Below are positions 37,003 to 45,150 of a DNA stretch of 46,385 nt, piece by piece. The notes under the pieces were generated by a model. That model did no database searches. It was not told the origin of the DNA and saw only the letters and a list, made by a program, of their open reading frames with translations. The stretch's first letter is position 1, and every line of letters starts with the position of its first letter. A program made the translations under genes and the position numbers. The stretch is from a virus. Lineage: Duplodnaviria > Caudoviricetes. The DNA lies in IMG/VR virus record IMGVR_UViG_3300009678_000019, positions 1 to 46,385 of that record; one strand, 5' to 3'.

Positions 37003-37337
37003 CGCGCCCCCAAATCCGCGCCCTCTTTGAGCGCCGAAATGTACATTTCCAAAAACCGAACCTGTTCGAGATCGAGATCGACTTTGTGCAGGGCTTCGAA
37101 TTTCTCGCGCCCCAACGCGTGCAGAGACTTCCGCCCCTTCCAATGCAAAGCGGCGGATAACGGGACCGTCCGGTAGTCGGATACCTTGGATCCCGTTTTG
37201 CCGAAGCCGGGCGGGATGATGTGCGCCGCCTCGGCCGCCGTTCCGGTGAGGATGCACGGCTGCCGGCGGATGAAGCGGAGATAGTCCCGGTCTTCCATCC
37301 GGACCGGTTTGGGAAAGGCCAGGACGGGGCGGCTCAT
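36999..37337 (-). CDS. DUF968-like putative HNH-type nuclease
   Basis: YL.FIR.QPC...G...EAAH.....G.K.SDY..VPL...H...H..G...FE; GGAGG RBS. Confidence 0.75.
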   Translation of the reverse strand: MSRPVLAFPKPVRMEDRDYLRFIRRQPCILTGTAAEAAHIIPPGFGKTGSKVSDYRTVPLSAALHWKGRKSLHALGREKFEALHKVDLDLEQVRFLEMYISALKEGADLGAR

Positions 37338-37567
37338 GCGGTGACCTCCAAGCTGAGCTGCTCGGCGGCGGGCGCCAGATCGGCCGGCCGGAAATAGAAC
37401 TTCCGGCCGCCCTGGGGAAACTCGACGATCGCGTAAGGCGTACCGACCGCGCCCTTCGACCATCGAAGAAACGTGCATGACTGCCCGGCCCGGGCGATCG
37501 CCTCGGGATCGAGACGATCGGACGGACGGACAATCAACGAATCGCCGGCGCGGGGGCTGCCTACCAC
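37334..37567 (-). CDS. Small hypothetical protein
   Basis: Coupled on both sides. Confidence 0.5.
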   Translation of the reverse strand: MVGSPRAGDSLIVRPSDRLDPEAIARAGQSCTFLRWSKGAVGTPYAIVEFPQGGRKFYFRPADLAPAAEQLSLEVTA

Positions 37568-38802
37568 GGCAACACTCCTTCCATGGCGACGGCCGCTTCT
37601 TCGCCGTCCCCGGGCAGGGCCTTGATATCCTCCAGCGCGCTCAAGGTGCGATCCTTCTCCGTCAACAACCGCTCGTCTTTTTTCGCGAGCGTTTCGAACA
37701 ATTGCAGGACCTTCAACGCGTACTCCAGCTCCTCAAGGCTCTTCGCCTGGATCGCTTCCCAGCTCCGCGTGCCGAACACGCATTCGCTCACACTGCGTTT
37801 CATGTCCTTGGCCTTGTCGGTGTGACCGGGCCACATCGCAACCATGGACTCCTGGATCTCGTCGAGCACGATCCGCAACCGTTTGATGCGCTCGGCGTAG
37901 GCCGAATCGCCGTTACTGCTGATCAATTCCTGACTGCTGGTATTGGTGGCAATGCGGACGTGGGCGGTGGCCTGGAGCGCGTCCCAATGGGGCTTGATCG
38001 CTTCCCATACCTGGCGATATCCGCCGGGCTCATAGCCGGGCTTGTCGCTAAAGCGGAGAACTTTTCCGTTGAGGGCCCAGGTGCGGTCTTTCAATACGTC
38101 GGCGCGGTGGACCATGCGGCCGTCGCCTTCTCTACGGGATCCGCGGACTGTCTTCGCCTTACGCTCCGTCGACATTTCCAAAAGCAGGTGCGGCTCGTAT
38201 CCAAAATCCTCGCCGCCGCCGGCCTTGAAGCGCGTTCCCACTTTGACCAGTTTGGTTTTGTCCGAATTGTTCTCGTCCTGGATTTCCTCGGTCACATTGC
38301 CCAGCCGGCCCAACGCCTGGCAGCACATCGGCGTATTGAGGAAAAACGCGACATAGTCCTTGTTCCACATCTCGCGGATGTCGCCCCATTTCTCAATGGG
38401 GATAAAGCCGCGATTCTTCCCTTTGAAGCTCTGCATCAACTCCGACCAAATGATCGTGAGCGTATCCACGTTCCACACGCACGCCCCGATACGCTCGGCC
38501 TCGCGCTGATCGTTGGTCATCCCTTTAAAGGTTGGGTCGGTGCGCTGGATCAACTCGACGCCTTCCTTTTGGAACATCGGCCGAAGGAATTGCCAACCGG
38601 GCTCGGTGTCGGTCACGAAGACCGGCGCGCCGTTGTAGATTTCTTTCGATAGCGCGATCGACAGTAAGGCGGCGGTGGTCGTCTTGCCGGAACCTTGCGG
38701 GCCAAACCATCCGGCCTTTAGTGGCACGACATGACGGCCCGTTTCGAACGGTTGAATAGGGGGATGCTGCGTTGACGGTTGATTGACGTTAAGAGATTGC
38801 AT
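37561..38802 (-). CDS. P-loop ATPase, AAA_24/Sak4-like recombination protein
   Basis: Walker A GPQGSGKT, DTE.G, Walker B VDTLT..W, YEP.L..EM, VLKDR; AAGGAG RBS. Confidence 0.8.
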   Translation of the reverse strand: MQSLNVNQPSTQHPPIQPFETGRHVVPLKAGWFGPQGSGKTTTAALLSIALSKEIYNGAPVFVTDTEPGWQFLRPMFQKEGVELIQRTDPTFKGMTNDQREAERIGACVWNVDTLTIIWSELMQSFKGKNRGFIPIEKWGDIREMWNKDYVAFFLNTPMCCQALGRLGNVTEEIQDENNSDKTKLVKVGTRFKAGGGEDFGYEPHLLLEMSTERKAKTVRGSRREGDGRMVHRADVLKDRTWALNGKVLRFSDKPGYEPGGYRQVWEAIKPHWDALQATAHVRIATNTSSQELISSNGDSAYAERIKRLRIVLDEIQESMVAMWPGHTDKAKDMKRSVSECVFGTRSWEAIQAKSLEELEYALKVLQLFETLAKKDERLLTEKDRTLSALEDIKALPGDGEEAAVAMEGVLPW

Positions 38803-38880
38803 ACGATGGACTCCTTTTTGTTTGTGTGTTGAGTTTTCGCCGGCGGGCTCCTTGCGACAGGGTCCGCCGGCATTTTGTTG

Positions 38881-39177
38881 TTACAGGCCACGCCGGCGAA
38901 AACCCTCCGGCGATCTTCCAATCAATTCGACATTCGCCGACCGGCGCTCGGCCGCGGCGCTGAATAGCTTCGCGCCCAACTCGCGGACGCTGGCCTCGAG
39001 CTGCTCCTCGAGGCGCACGCGTTGCATGTCGGCAAGCTCGGCGCTGATCTCGACGCAGTGCCGCCGAAGCTGCTCGACGTAGGCGGACACCACGCGGTTG
39101 TCCTGGCGCTGCCCGTAGGCCTCCAGGCGATCTACCAGACCCTCGAGACGCCCCAATACGGCATACAGACCTTTCAT
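38881..39177 (-). CDS. Hypothetical helical protein
   Basis: AAGGA RBS; ATGA coupling. Confidence 0.6.
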   Translation of the reverse strand: MKGLYAVLGRLEGLVDRLEAYGQRQDNRVVSAYVEQLRRHCVEISAELADMQRVRLEEQLEASVRELGAKLFSAAAERRSANVELIGRSPEGFRRRGL

Positions 39178-39332
39178 GAGCGATCCTTTCTGCGCCGCTC
39201 GCGGCGCTCGAGCCAGTTCTTGATCCGTGGGGCAAAAAACAGAATGGCGTACCAAATCAGCACGTAGGCGAACACTAGAAGGCCGGCCATGGCCAGCATG
39301 AGGCGGAGGTTCGCGCCGATGTAATCAGGCAT
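39174..39332 (-). CDS. Small single-TM protein
   Basis: AAGGAG RBS; hydrophobic helix followed by a basic tail. Confidence 0.6.
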   Translation of the reverse strand: MPDYIGANLRLMLAMAGLLVFAYVLIWYAILFFAPRIKNWLERRERRRKDRS

Positions 39333-39798
39333 GACGCGTTCTCCTTTCCCGTTCCTCGTGCTCCTGGATCGCTTCGGCTTCGAAGCTTCGTCCACAGGTG
39401 GAACACTCGCGGCATTCCTGGCACTGCGTCCACTGATTGCACGCCCAATGCAGGACAAGGGGCGCGGCGCAACAGTCGGACGGAAATCCGAGAGATTGCT
39501 GCACGGGCAACGGCTGAACGGGTTGGCGCTCGGATTCCGTCACGACATGGTCGAAGCACACGTCGCAGACCCGTTTCCCGTTCAACTGATGCAGCCGCTC
39601 GCGGGGCATCTCGCAACTCGCGCACTCCATGGATTGCTGCGGGACGCCCGTGGTCACAAGCGTCCCGCTCTTGCCAAAAGAGGGTGGGATTGCAGCATCG
39701 TGGATGCTGGCGGATACACGAGCGGATGAAGGCGCGTTGTGAGGCGCGCCGGGGGAGGAATGAAAACTTGTTCCGTAAAACCAGGTGCGGGCGTTCAT
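39325..39798 (-). CDS. Cys-rich putative zinc-finger protein
   Basis: GGAGG RBS; CASC, CDVC, CC, CQEC and CSTC motifs. Confidence 0.65.
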   Translation of the reverse strand: MNARTWFYGTSFHSSPGAPHNAPSSARVSASIHDAAIPPSFGKSGTLVTTGVPQQSMECASCEMPRERLHQLNGKRVCDVCFDHVVTESERQPVQPLPVQQSLGFPSDCCAAPLVLHWACNQWTQCQECRECSTCGRSFEAEAIQEHEERERRTRHA

Positions 39799-39839
39799 CG
39801 TTGAACCTCCCCACGCGACGGGGTGGTATCCTTGTCGCC

Positions 39840-40151
39840 ATGAGCGACGCCGAAGAGGACGAGATCATCGGACGGATGGTCCGCGAGCGACGAACATTGC
39901 AGCGCCGGATCGCGATGATCCGCCAGGCCTGCGCCGACGAAGCGGTCTTGTACTTGAAAGTGGGAAGCGCCCTTCAGGCTCAACCCGAAAACGCCTGGTT
40001 CGATCCGCCAGGCAGCTTCATCGGTTCCGGCGAATGCTTCCGCAACGACTGGATTCATTTCGACAAACTCGCCGATCTGACCGAAGAACTGCGGTCCGTT
40101 CTCACCCGATTGGCCGATATCGAACGCACATTGAAGACCGCCGGGATCTAA
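39840..40151 (+). CDS. Hypothetical protein, opposite to the surrounding operon, probably leaderless
   Basis: TG-G-TATCCT extended -10 ending 7 nt before the ATG; no RBS. Confidence 0.55.
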   Translation: MSDAEEDEIIGRMVRERRTLQRRIAMIRQACADEAVLYLKVGSALQAQPENAWFDPPGSFIGSGECFRNDWIHFDKLADLTEELRSVLTRLADIERTLKTAGI

Positions 40152-40167
40152 TCCGTTTCTCGACATT

Positions 40168-40416
40168 TCAATTGCTCCCCGAAAAGACGAAGCGCACCGG
40201 CAACAATCCGCGCATCTGTTCAAACTCCCGGATCGCCGCGCGCAATTGATCGTGGGTGTTCACCAGGTGGCCGTCGGCGAGGGCTTTGATCTCCTCATCG
40301 GCGAGCCGTCGCGCATCGTCGCGCTTATAGCCAGAGGGAAGGATCACGACGATTTCGATCTGAGCGGCGGGTTGGCCGTCCTGCCATTTGCGGTATGCAA
40401 AGAAGTGTTTTTGCAT
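40168..40416 (-). CDS. First gene of the leftward early operon
   Basis: AAGGAGAG RBS just downstream of the leftward promoter. Confidence 0.6.
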   Translation of the reverse strand: MQKHFFAYRKWQDGQPAAQIEIVVILPSGYKRDDARRLADEEIKALADGHLVNTHDQLRAAIREFEQMRGLLPVRFVFSGSN

Positions 40417-40440
40417 GTTCACTCTCTCCTTGTCGAACCA

Positions 40441-40470
40441 CAATCTACAATGTCGAATAGTAGTCGTCAA
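40441..40470 (-). promoter_or_regulatory. Leftward early promoter/operator (PL-like)
   Basis: TTGACG-17-TAGATT; 29/30 identical to 41612-41641 in inverted orientation. Confidence 0.85.
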
Positions 40471-40543
40471 GAAAAATGTTCAAGAAAAGGAATTGGGTGA
40501 GCTTTGAGGTGACGTGATAGGTTGCCGCCGGGATCAAAAGGAA

Positions 40544-41032
40544 ATGAAAGATCGTCAACCTGTCGGAGTTGGTGGCTGGCTCGCCTTGCTGACCATCGGA
40601 CTCATGGTGCTGGGCCCGATGGTGTCATTAGGGAACTTGCTAAACCTCATTCGGACTGTGGAAGATTCAGCAATCGGACCGCTAAAGCCCGAGTGGGGAA
40701 CGTTCAAGCTGGTGGCGTGGAGTATTGTTGCGACCGCAGCGGCTCTCAGTGTAATGACGGGCTACAGGCTACGGGCGGATCACAGACCAGAGTCGGTGAA
40801 GCTAGCCAAAAAGGCATTGTGGCTCATAGGGCCGATGAGCAATGCGCTCCTGAATGTGTCAATGATTGTGGTTTTACAACTCAATCCGACTCCTGAATTT
40901 ATCGGCTCGGCAATTGGTGGGCTGGCGGGGGGCTGCATAGTCGCCTTTATCTGGACAGTGTATCTTTCTCGTTCCCGTAGAGTGCGAAACACTTACCTGC
41001 TGGACAATGATGCCATGCTGACCGGCGGGTAA
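40544..41032 (+). CDS. DUF2569-like multi-pass membrane protein (moron)
   Basis: GVGGWL N-terminus, about 4 TM segments, W..YL..S.RV.NT C-terminus; visibly lower GC. Confidence 0.75.
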   Translation: MKDRQPVGVGGWLALLTIGLMVLGPMVSLGNLLNLIRTVEDSAIGPLKPEWGTFKLVAWSIVATAAALSVMTGYRLRADHRPESVKLAKKALWLIGPMSNALLNVSMIVVLQLNPTPEFIGSAIGGLAGGCIVAFIWTVYLSRSRRVRNTYLLDNDAMLTGG

Positions 41033-41058
41033 GTTCCGCTCCGGAAGCGGAGCGGAAC
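41033..41058. terminator. Hairpin between convergent genes
   Basis: GTTCCGCTCCG-GAAG-CGGAGCGGAAC, perfect 11-bp stem. Confidence 0.6.
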
Positions 41059-41098
41059 TGTTAAACCTCTCGGCTGGCCAACCATTCAATTAAATCGA

Positions 41099-41560
41099 TC
41101 ACTTGTGCTTTTGTTTTTGGCGGCGTCCTGCCGCGCTCCCGACCGTGGAATCCTTCCCCTCCCCCATGGCGGGGTTCGGGCTATCCCTAGCTTTGAGCAG
41201 GCGCGCGACCTTTTCGGAAATCGCCTCGAGGTTGATCCGGATTCCCTGAACCTGCTCCTTGATGCCGCTCCTTAAAATTTGGTTCAACATGTCATGGCAA
41301 GCAAGGTCCTCATCGGGAATATCGCTCATTTGAAAGCCGCGAAGGAATTCGCCCAGGTCGGTGCCGTAGTGAGATAGAAGCTTTGCGAAAAGATTGATGC
41401 TGAAATTGATCTTTCCGGACTCGATGCCGTTGATCGTGCTCCGGTGAATTTTCAGGGCTTCCGCGACACTGATCACGCTCAAGCTCGCACCTTCCCGGTA
41501 CGACTTTAGGCGGTTGCCCATCAGCTTCCTAGCCTGCTCGATTCTGGTGTCGACTGCCAT
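41099..41560 (-). CDS. XRE-family repressor (CI-like)
   Basis: MGNRLKSYRE...S...VAEAL.IHRSTI..IESG HTH; divergent from cro; no S24 autoprotease domain evident. Confidence 0.85.
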   Translation of the reverse strand: MAVDTRIEQARKLMGNRLKSYREGASLSVISVAEALKIHRSTINGIESGKINFSINLFAKLLSHYGTDLGEFLRGFQMSDIPDEDLACHDMLNQILRSGIKEQVQGIRINLEAISEKVARLLKARDSPNPAMGEGKDSTVGSAAGRRQKQKHK

Positions 41561-41611
41561 CAGACAGGAATTGTGGAGAACCAGACCAGGCGTGGATTAG
41601 AAATATTTTCT

Positions 41612-41641
41612 TTGACGACTACTATTCGCCATTGTAGATTG
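41612..41641 (+). promoter_or_regulatory. Rightward early promoter/operator (PR-like)
   Basis: TTGACG-17-TAGATT, 11 nt before the cro ATG. Confidence 0.85.
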
Positions 41642-41651
41642 TGTCTCACTT

Positions 41652-41942
41652 ATGACTTTTTCAGCGAAAGTCCGAGAGGCCGTCGGCGCCAACGTTAAAG
41701 CGATTCGAGAAAGTATCGGTAAATCGGTCACAGAGTGCGCGGAAGCAGCGCGCATTCATCGGAGCTATTGGAACTATCTCGAAAACGGTCATGTCAATTT
41801 CACGATCGACAAGCTCGAAGTGGTTGCGGGCGTGATCGGCGCTCGCGTCGGTGACTTGTTTGCGGAGCCCGAAACCGTCTTCGCCCAATCCGGCGCGCCG
41901 GCGCGTAAAGCCAAGCGCCCGAAGAGGGGCAAGGTCGCCTGA
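41652..41942 (+). CDS. XRE-family Cro-like regulator
   Basis: VGANVKAIRE..G.S..ECAEAA.IHRSY...LENG..N.TIDKL HTH. Confidence 0.85.
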   Translation: MTFSAKVREAVGANVKAIRESIGKSVTECAEAARIHRSYWNYLENGHVNFTIDKLEVVAGVIGARVGDLFAEPETVFAQSGAPARKAKRPKRGKVA

Positions 41943-42076
41943 TGAATTCAAAATCCACGGCGATCGACTACTACGAACGGGAGCGGTTGAAGCAGATCGG
42001 CCGACGTCTGGCCATGGCGCTGCGCGATCGGGAGTACCGGCGCAAAACGGACGTCCGGCGAAAGGGCAAACGATGA
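41942..42076 (+). CDS. 44-aa basic protein
   Basis: Hand-translated MNSKSTAIDYYERERLKQIG...; overlapping stop/start on both sides. Confidence 0.55.
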   Translation: MNSKSTAIDYYERERLKQIGRRLAMALRDREYRRKTDVRRKGKR

Positions 42077-42420
42077 TCGGCGGACCGATCGCCTCGCCTC
42101 TCGCGCGGCCGCGGCCGACGCGATTTGTGAAAGTCGGCCTGGTCGTGTGGCTCTTGCTTGCGAGCACAAACGTCGGCCTGGTGGTCTATCGGTTGCGGCA
42201 CACTCCCGCGATTCTCTTAGGACCGGCCCTCAATCTGACGCACGAGCAAGCTAAAGACGCCTGGACCTGGTGCGAGCAGATTTCGACGATCTTGCGCACG
42301 AGCCAGTCCGCCCTGGGCCCTTCTGAGGTTTCGGCGGGGGACCTGGTTTCGGCGTGTGTGGCGGGATATGCCGCCGGGGTGGTTGAGGGTGAGGCTTCGA
42401 AGGCGAAGCCGGATTTGTGA
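42073..42420 (+). CDS. Hypothetical membrane-anchored protein
   Basis: ATGA coupling; hydrophobic VGLVVWLLLASTNVGLVVY. Confidence 0.55.
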   Translation: MIGGPIASPLARPRPTRFVKVGLVVWLLLASTNVGLVVYRLRHTPAILLGPALNLTHEQAKDAWTWCEQISTILRTSQSALGPSEVSAGDLVSACVAGYAAGVVEGEASKAKPDL

Positions 42421-42436
42421 GAGGGGGTCGCTACAA

Positions 42437-42634
42437 ATGAGTCGCGCTCTTCAAAGCTTTCTCGGTGGGTTGTACGCGCACTGTCAGCGCAAGCAGCCCT
42501 ATCGTGAATTCTGGCAAGCCTTGCGAAAAGTGAAGGAAGCCCGAAAGCGCGGAGAGAAGAATCTTCGCGTGTACCAATGTGTAGCGTGTCGGCATTTCCA
42601 TATCGGACACCGACGCCGGTTTAGGGACTCTTAG
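42437..42634 (+). CDS. Small Zn-finger protein
   Basis: C..K..Y...YQCVACRHFHIG. Confidence 0.7.
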   Translation: MSRALQSFLGGLYAHCQRKQPYREFWQALRKVKEARKRGEKNLRVYQCVACRHFHIGHRRRFRDS

Positions 42635-42640
42635 ATTTAT

Positions 42641-42712
42641 CGCCGCGTAGAGCAGTGGCAGCTCGCCGGGCTCATAACCCGGAGGCCGTGGGTTCAAATC
42701 CCATCGCGGCAA
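42641..42712 (+). tRNA. Initiator tRNA-fMet (CAT), CCA not encoded
   Basis: Full cloverleaf; C1:A72 mismatch, A11-U24, GGG/CCC anticodon stem, loop CTCATAA, T-loop TTCAAAT. Confidence 0.93.
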
Positions 42713-42713
42713 T

Positions 42714-42789
42714 CGGACCGTGCGGGTTCTCCTTGGGAACGGCCAGGCTGTTAGGCGCAGTCCACCGGAACACCGATCCGCACGGTCCG
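42714..42789 (+). ncRNA. Structured RNA with C4-antisense-like architecture
   Basis: Perfect 12-bp closing stem CGGACCGTGCGG/CCGCACGGTCCG enclosing two hairpins and a 3' single-stranded stretch. Confidence 0.5.
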
Positions 42790-42816
42790 TATTCGTTTCT
42801 TCAAGGAGGTTTCACA

Positions 42817-43041
42817 ATGGCAAGTCTTCGCAAGATGTCCGCGAACGGCGACGACAAAATCGCCGAATGGGATCCGCAAACCGTCTCTCCGGAGCAGCTC
42901 CACAAGATCGAAGCGGAATACAACGCACTCGCCGCGAAGGGGTATTTCGTCGCCGATATCACCGACGGCCGCAACGTGCTGGTGAAGGACTTTGATCCGA
43001 ACGCGGATCTGTTGATGATTCCCCGGGTGCAAGGTGGCTGA
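42817..43041 (+). CDS. 74-aa protein ending in Gly-Gly (ubiquitin/ThiS-like modifier candidate)
   Basis: AAGGAGGT RBS; C-terminus LLMIPRVQGG-stop. Confidence 0.75.
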   Translation: MASLRKMSANGDDKIAEWDPQTVSPEQLHKIEAEYNALAAKGYFVADITDGRNVLVKDFDPNADLLMIPRVQGG

Positions 43042-43522
43042 GATTGTCGAGCGTGATGGGGTCCTGTATCGCGACGCGGGATCTGCGGGTTTGATGCCGC
43101 TCTCGCCAATCGAAGTCGATCTCTTCGCCTGCAACGGTGCGGCCCGGTGCGCGCGGGACCTGCTGCAACGCGTGATCCCCGCGGCGCGAGGCTACGCGAC
43201 GATCGACACGATCCAGGTCCGCGCGCGAAGCGGGTCGGTGTACAAGATCGACCGGGCGGGACAAACGGCGATCTATCAGGGCGACAAGTTGATCGGCCAT
43301 TGCTGCCTGCAGTTGTCGATTCCGGCGCCATCCTACGACCGGATGCTCGCGGAGTATCTGTTGATCGTCAACGATGAGGATCGGTATCGATCGATCGCCA
43401 ATTTCTTTAAAAAGGGTCGGCGGCAACTAAGCCCTCGCGACAAGTTCGTGGCGTTTTGGCTGGGTGGTCTGGCTGGCCTTGTGTTGATTTGGGTCGGCGC
43501 TTTGGTTGCGGCTGTCTTTTAG
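43034..43522 (+). CDS. Cys-containing protein with C-terminal TM anchor, coupled to the GG protein
   Basis: Overlapping start; HCCLQ..P.P..D.MLA..L....DE..Y...AN; terminal hydrophobic helix. Confidence 0.7.
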   Translation: MAEIVERDGVLYRDAGSAGLMPLSPIEVDLFACNGAARCARDLLQRVIPAARGYATIDTIQVRARSGSVYKIDRAGQTAIYQGDKLIGHCCLQLSIPAPSYDRMLAEYLLIVNDEDRYRSIANFFKKGRRQLSPRDKFVAFWLGGLAGLVLIWVGALVAAVF

Positions 43523-43536
43523 CGGATTTGAAATTC

Positions 43537-43562
43537 GCCCGGGAGCTGCAACTCCCGGGCGA
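43537..43562 (+). terminator. Strong hairpin, terminator candidate
   Basis: CGCCCGGGAG-CTGCAA-CTCCCGGGCG; no U tract. Confidence 0.5.
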
Positions 43563-43612
43563 GTGGCTCGTAGTGAAGCGTTACAAACTGACAGGTCCCT
43601 CGTGTCTCTAGA

Positions 43613-43894
43613 ATGGCACAGACGGGGCCGGAAAAGGTCCGGTCGATGAGAGCTCAACCGTCCGGCGCGATCGGCGACCCGCCGTCCCGCGATGAACTCG
43701 AACTCCTGACGCCGGAGGAGCTCGCTGAACTCTTCAAGGTCCCGCTCTCCTGGGTGCGCAGCGCGACGCGCAGCCGCTCGCCTCATCCGATCCCGCACGT
43801 CAAGATTGGTCACTACGTCCGCTTTGAAGAAGAAGCGGTGCGTGAGTGGTTTCACAAACAGAAACGCGGCTATCGCCCTAAACGGCTGCAATGA
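43613..43894 (+). CDS. xis: Excisionase (HTH_17/MerR-like), start uncertain
   Basis: LLTPEELAELFKVPLSWV...IPHVKIG.YVRF....V.EW, adjacent to int. Confidence 0.85.
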   Translation: MAQTGPEKVRSMRAQPSGAIGDPPSRDELELLTPEELAELFKVPLSWVRSATRSRSPHPIPHVKIGHYVRFEEEAVREWFHKQKRGYRPKRLQ

Positions 43895-43944
43895 ATACAA
43901 TCTCCCGCACACCAAGGCAACGGCAGCCAGAAGAAGGAGACTTC

Positions 43945-45150
43945 ATGGCTCAACACAAACGCAAACGGCAGTGCGGGACCGGCTCGATCGTTCAGGAGGA
44001 ATCCGGCTTGGCGATCCGGTGGCCGGAATATGTCGTGCTTCCGGATGGTCAACGAAGGCGCAAGATGCGCTACGAGCTTCTCGAGGGCGCAACCGCTCGA
44101 GAGGCGAACGACAAACTTCTCGAGCGCATCACGAAGGCGCGCCGGGATGGACCGAAGCCGCTCGAAGTAAAAGCGGCTACGACGTTCCAGGATCACGTCG
44201 CCCGCTGGCAGAAAGATTTTCTCGAATCGGCCGGCGCGGGGACCGAGGATCTCTACAAATTTTCCGTTCGTTCCGTCTGGCTGGGCATCATCAAGGCCAG
44301 ACTCAGCCCTCGTTTCGGCAAGTTCCGTTTAACGGAAATCTCCGCGGCTCTGATCCAGGAATGGATCACCGAACTCCGCCGGGAAGGCCTCGCGGCGGCG
44401 ACGATTCGCCAGTATTACAAACCGCTGCGGGTCATTTTGGCGCGGGCGGTCCTCTGGAAAGAGATCGCGGAGAATCCAGCAAATCCAGTGGAGTTGCCGA
44501 AGATTCGCAAAAAGGAGCAATCGCAAAAAAAATGGGCGCTGACGCCGGAACAAGCCGGGGCGCTGCTCGGAAAGATCAAGCCATTGAGACCGCGGGCGAT
44601 GATCGCCCTCGCCATTACTGCAGGCCTCCGACGGGGGGAGCTGCTCGCAGCACGTTGGAAGAGTCTTGACGAAGCCTCTTCTGAAATTGCGGTAGTGGAA
44701 GCGTCATATCGAGGACACATCGACACACCGAAAACCGAAGCTGGAGAACGGAAGGTCCCGCTCGATCAATGGACGATGCATATCTTAAAGCAGTGGCGCG
44801 GCCTGTCGAAGCACACGCGACCGATCGATTTCATCTTTTCAACCCGGACGGGCAAACAGGAAACCCCGGGCAACATCCTCCGGCGCTACGTCTTTCCGGC
44901 GTGCGACGCGATGAAGTTGCGGCGGGCCACCTGGAACACCTTCCGGCGAACATTTTCAACCTGGCTCCATCACCACGCGATTCCCGGTAAGACGATCGCG
45001 ACGATGATGGGCCATGCCGACGAGAAAACCCAATTCATCTACATCCAACCGGATGAGGATATGAAACGGGTGGCGGCGGGCAAGATTGGCGACGAATTGT
45101 CCAGATACTGTCCAGATGAGAATCAAATGGGGCTCCCGTGGTTGAACTGA
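43945..45150 (+). CDS. int: Tyrosine integrase
   Basis: AAGGAG RBS; GLRRGELLA..W, PKT, NTFRRTF (HxxR box variant), MMGH, terminal Y (FIY). Confidence 0.93.
   Translation: MAQHKRKRQCGTGSIVQEESGLAIRWPEYVVLPDGQRRRKMRYELLEGATAREANDKLLERITKARRDGPKPLEVKAATTFQDHVARWQKDFLESAGAGTEDLYKFSVRSVWLGIIKARLSPRFGKFRLTEISAALIQEWITELRREGLAAATIRQYYKPLRVILARAVLWKEIAENPANPVELPKIRKKEQSQKKWALTPEQAGALLGKIKPLRPRAMIALAITAGLRRGELLAARWKSLDEASSEIAVVEASYRGHIDTPKTEAGERKVPLDQWTMHILKQWRGLSKHTRPIDFIFSTRTGKQETPGNILRRYVFPACDAMKLRRATWNTFRRTFSTWLHHHAIPGKTIATMMGHADEKTQFIYIQPDEDMKRVAAGKIGDELSRYCPDENQMGLPWLN

Noticed and set aside
42431-42712. Minus-strand ORF MPRWDLNPRPPGYEPGEL...
   Set aside because: This is the antisense translation of the tRNA.
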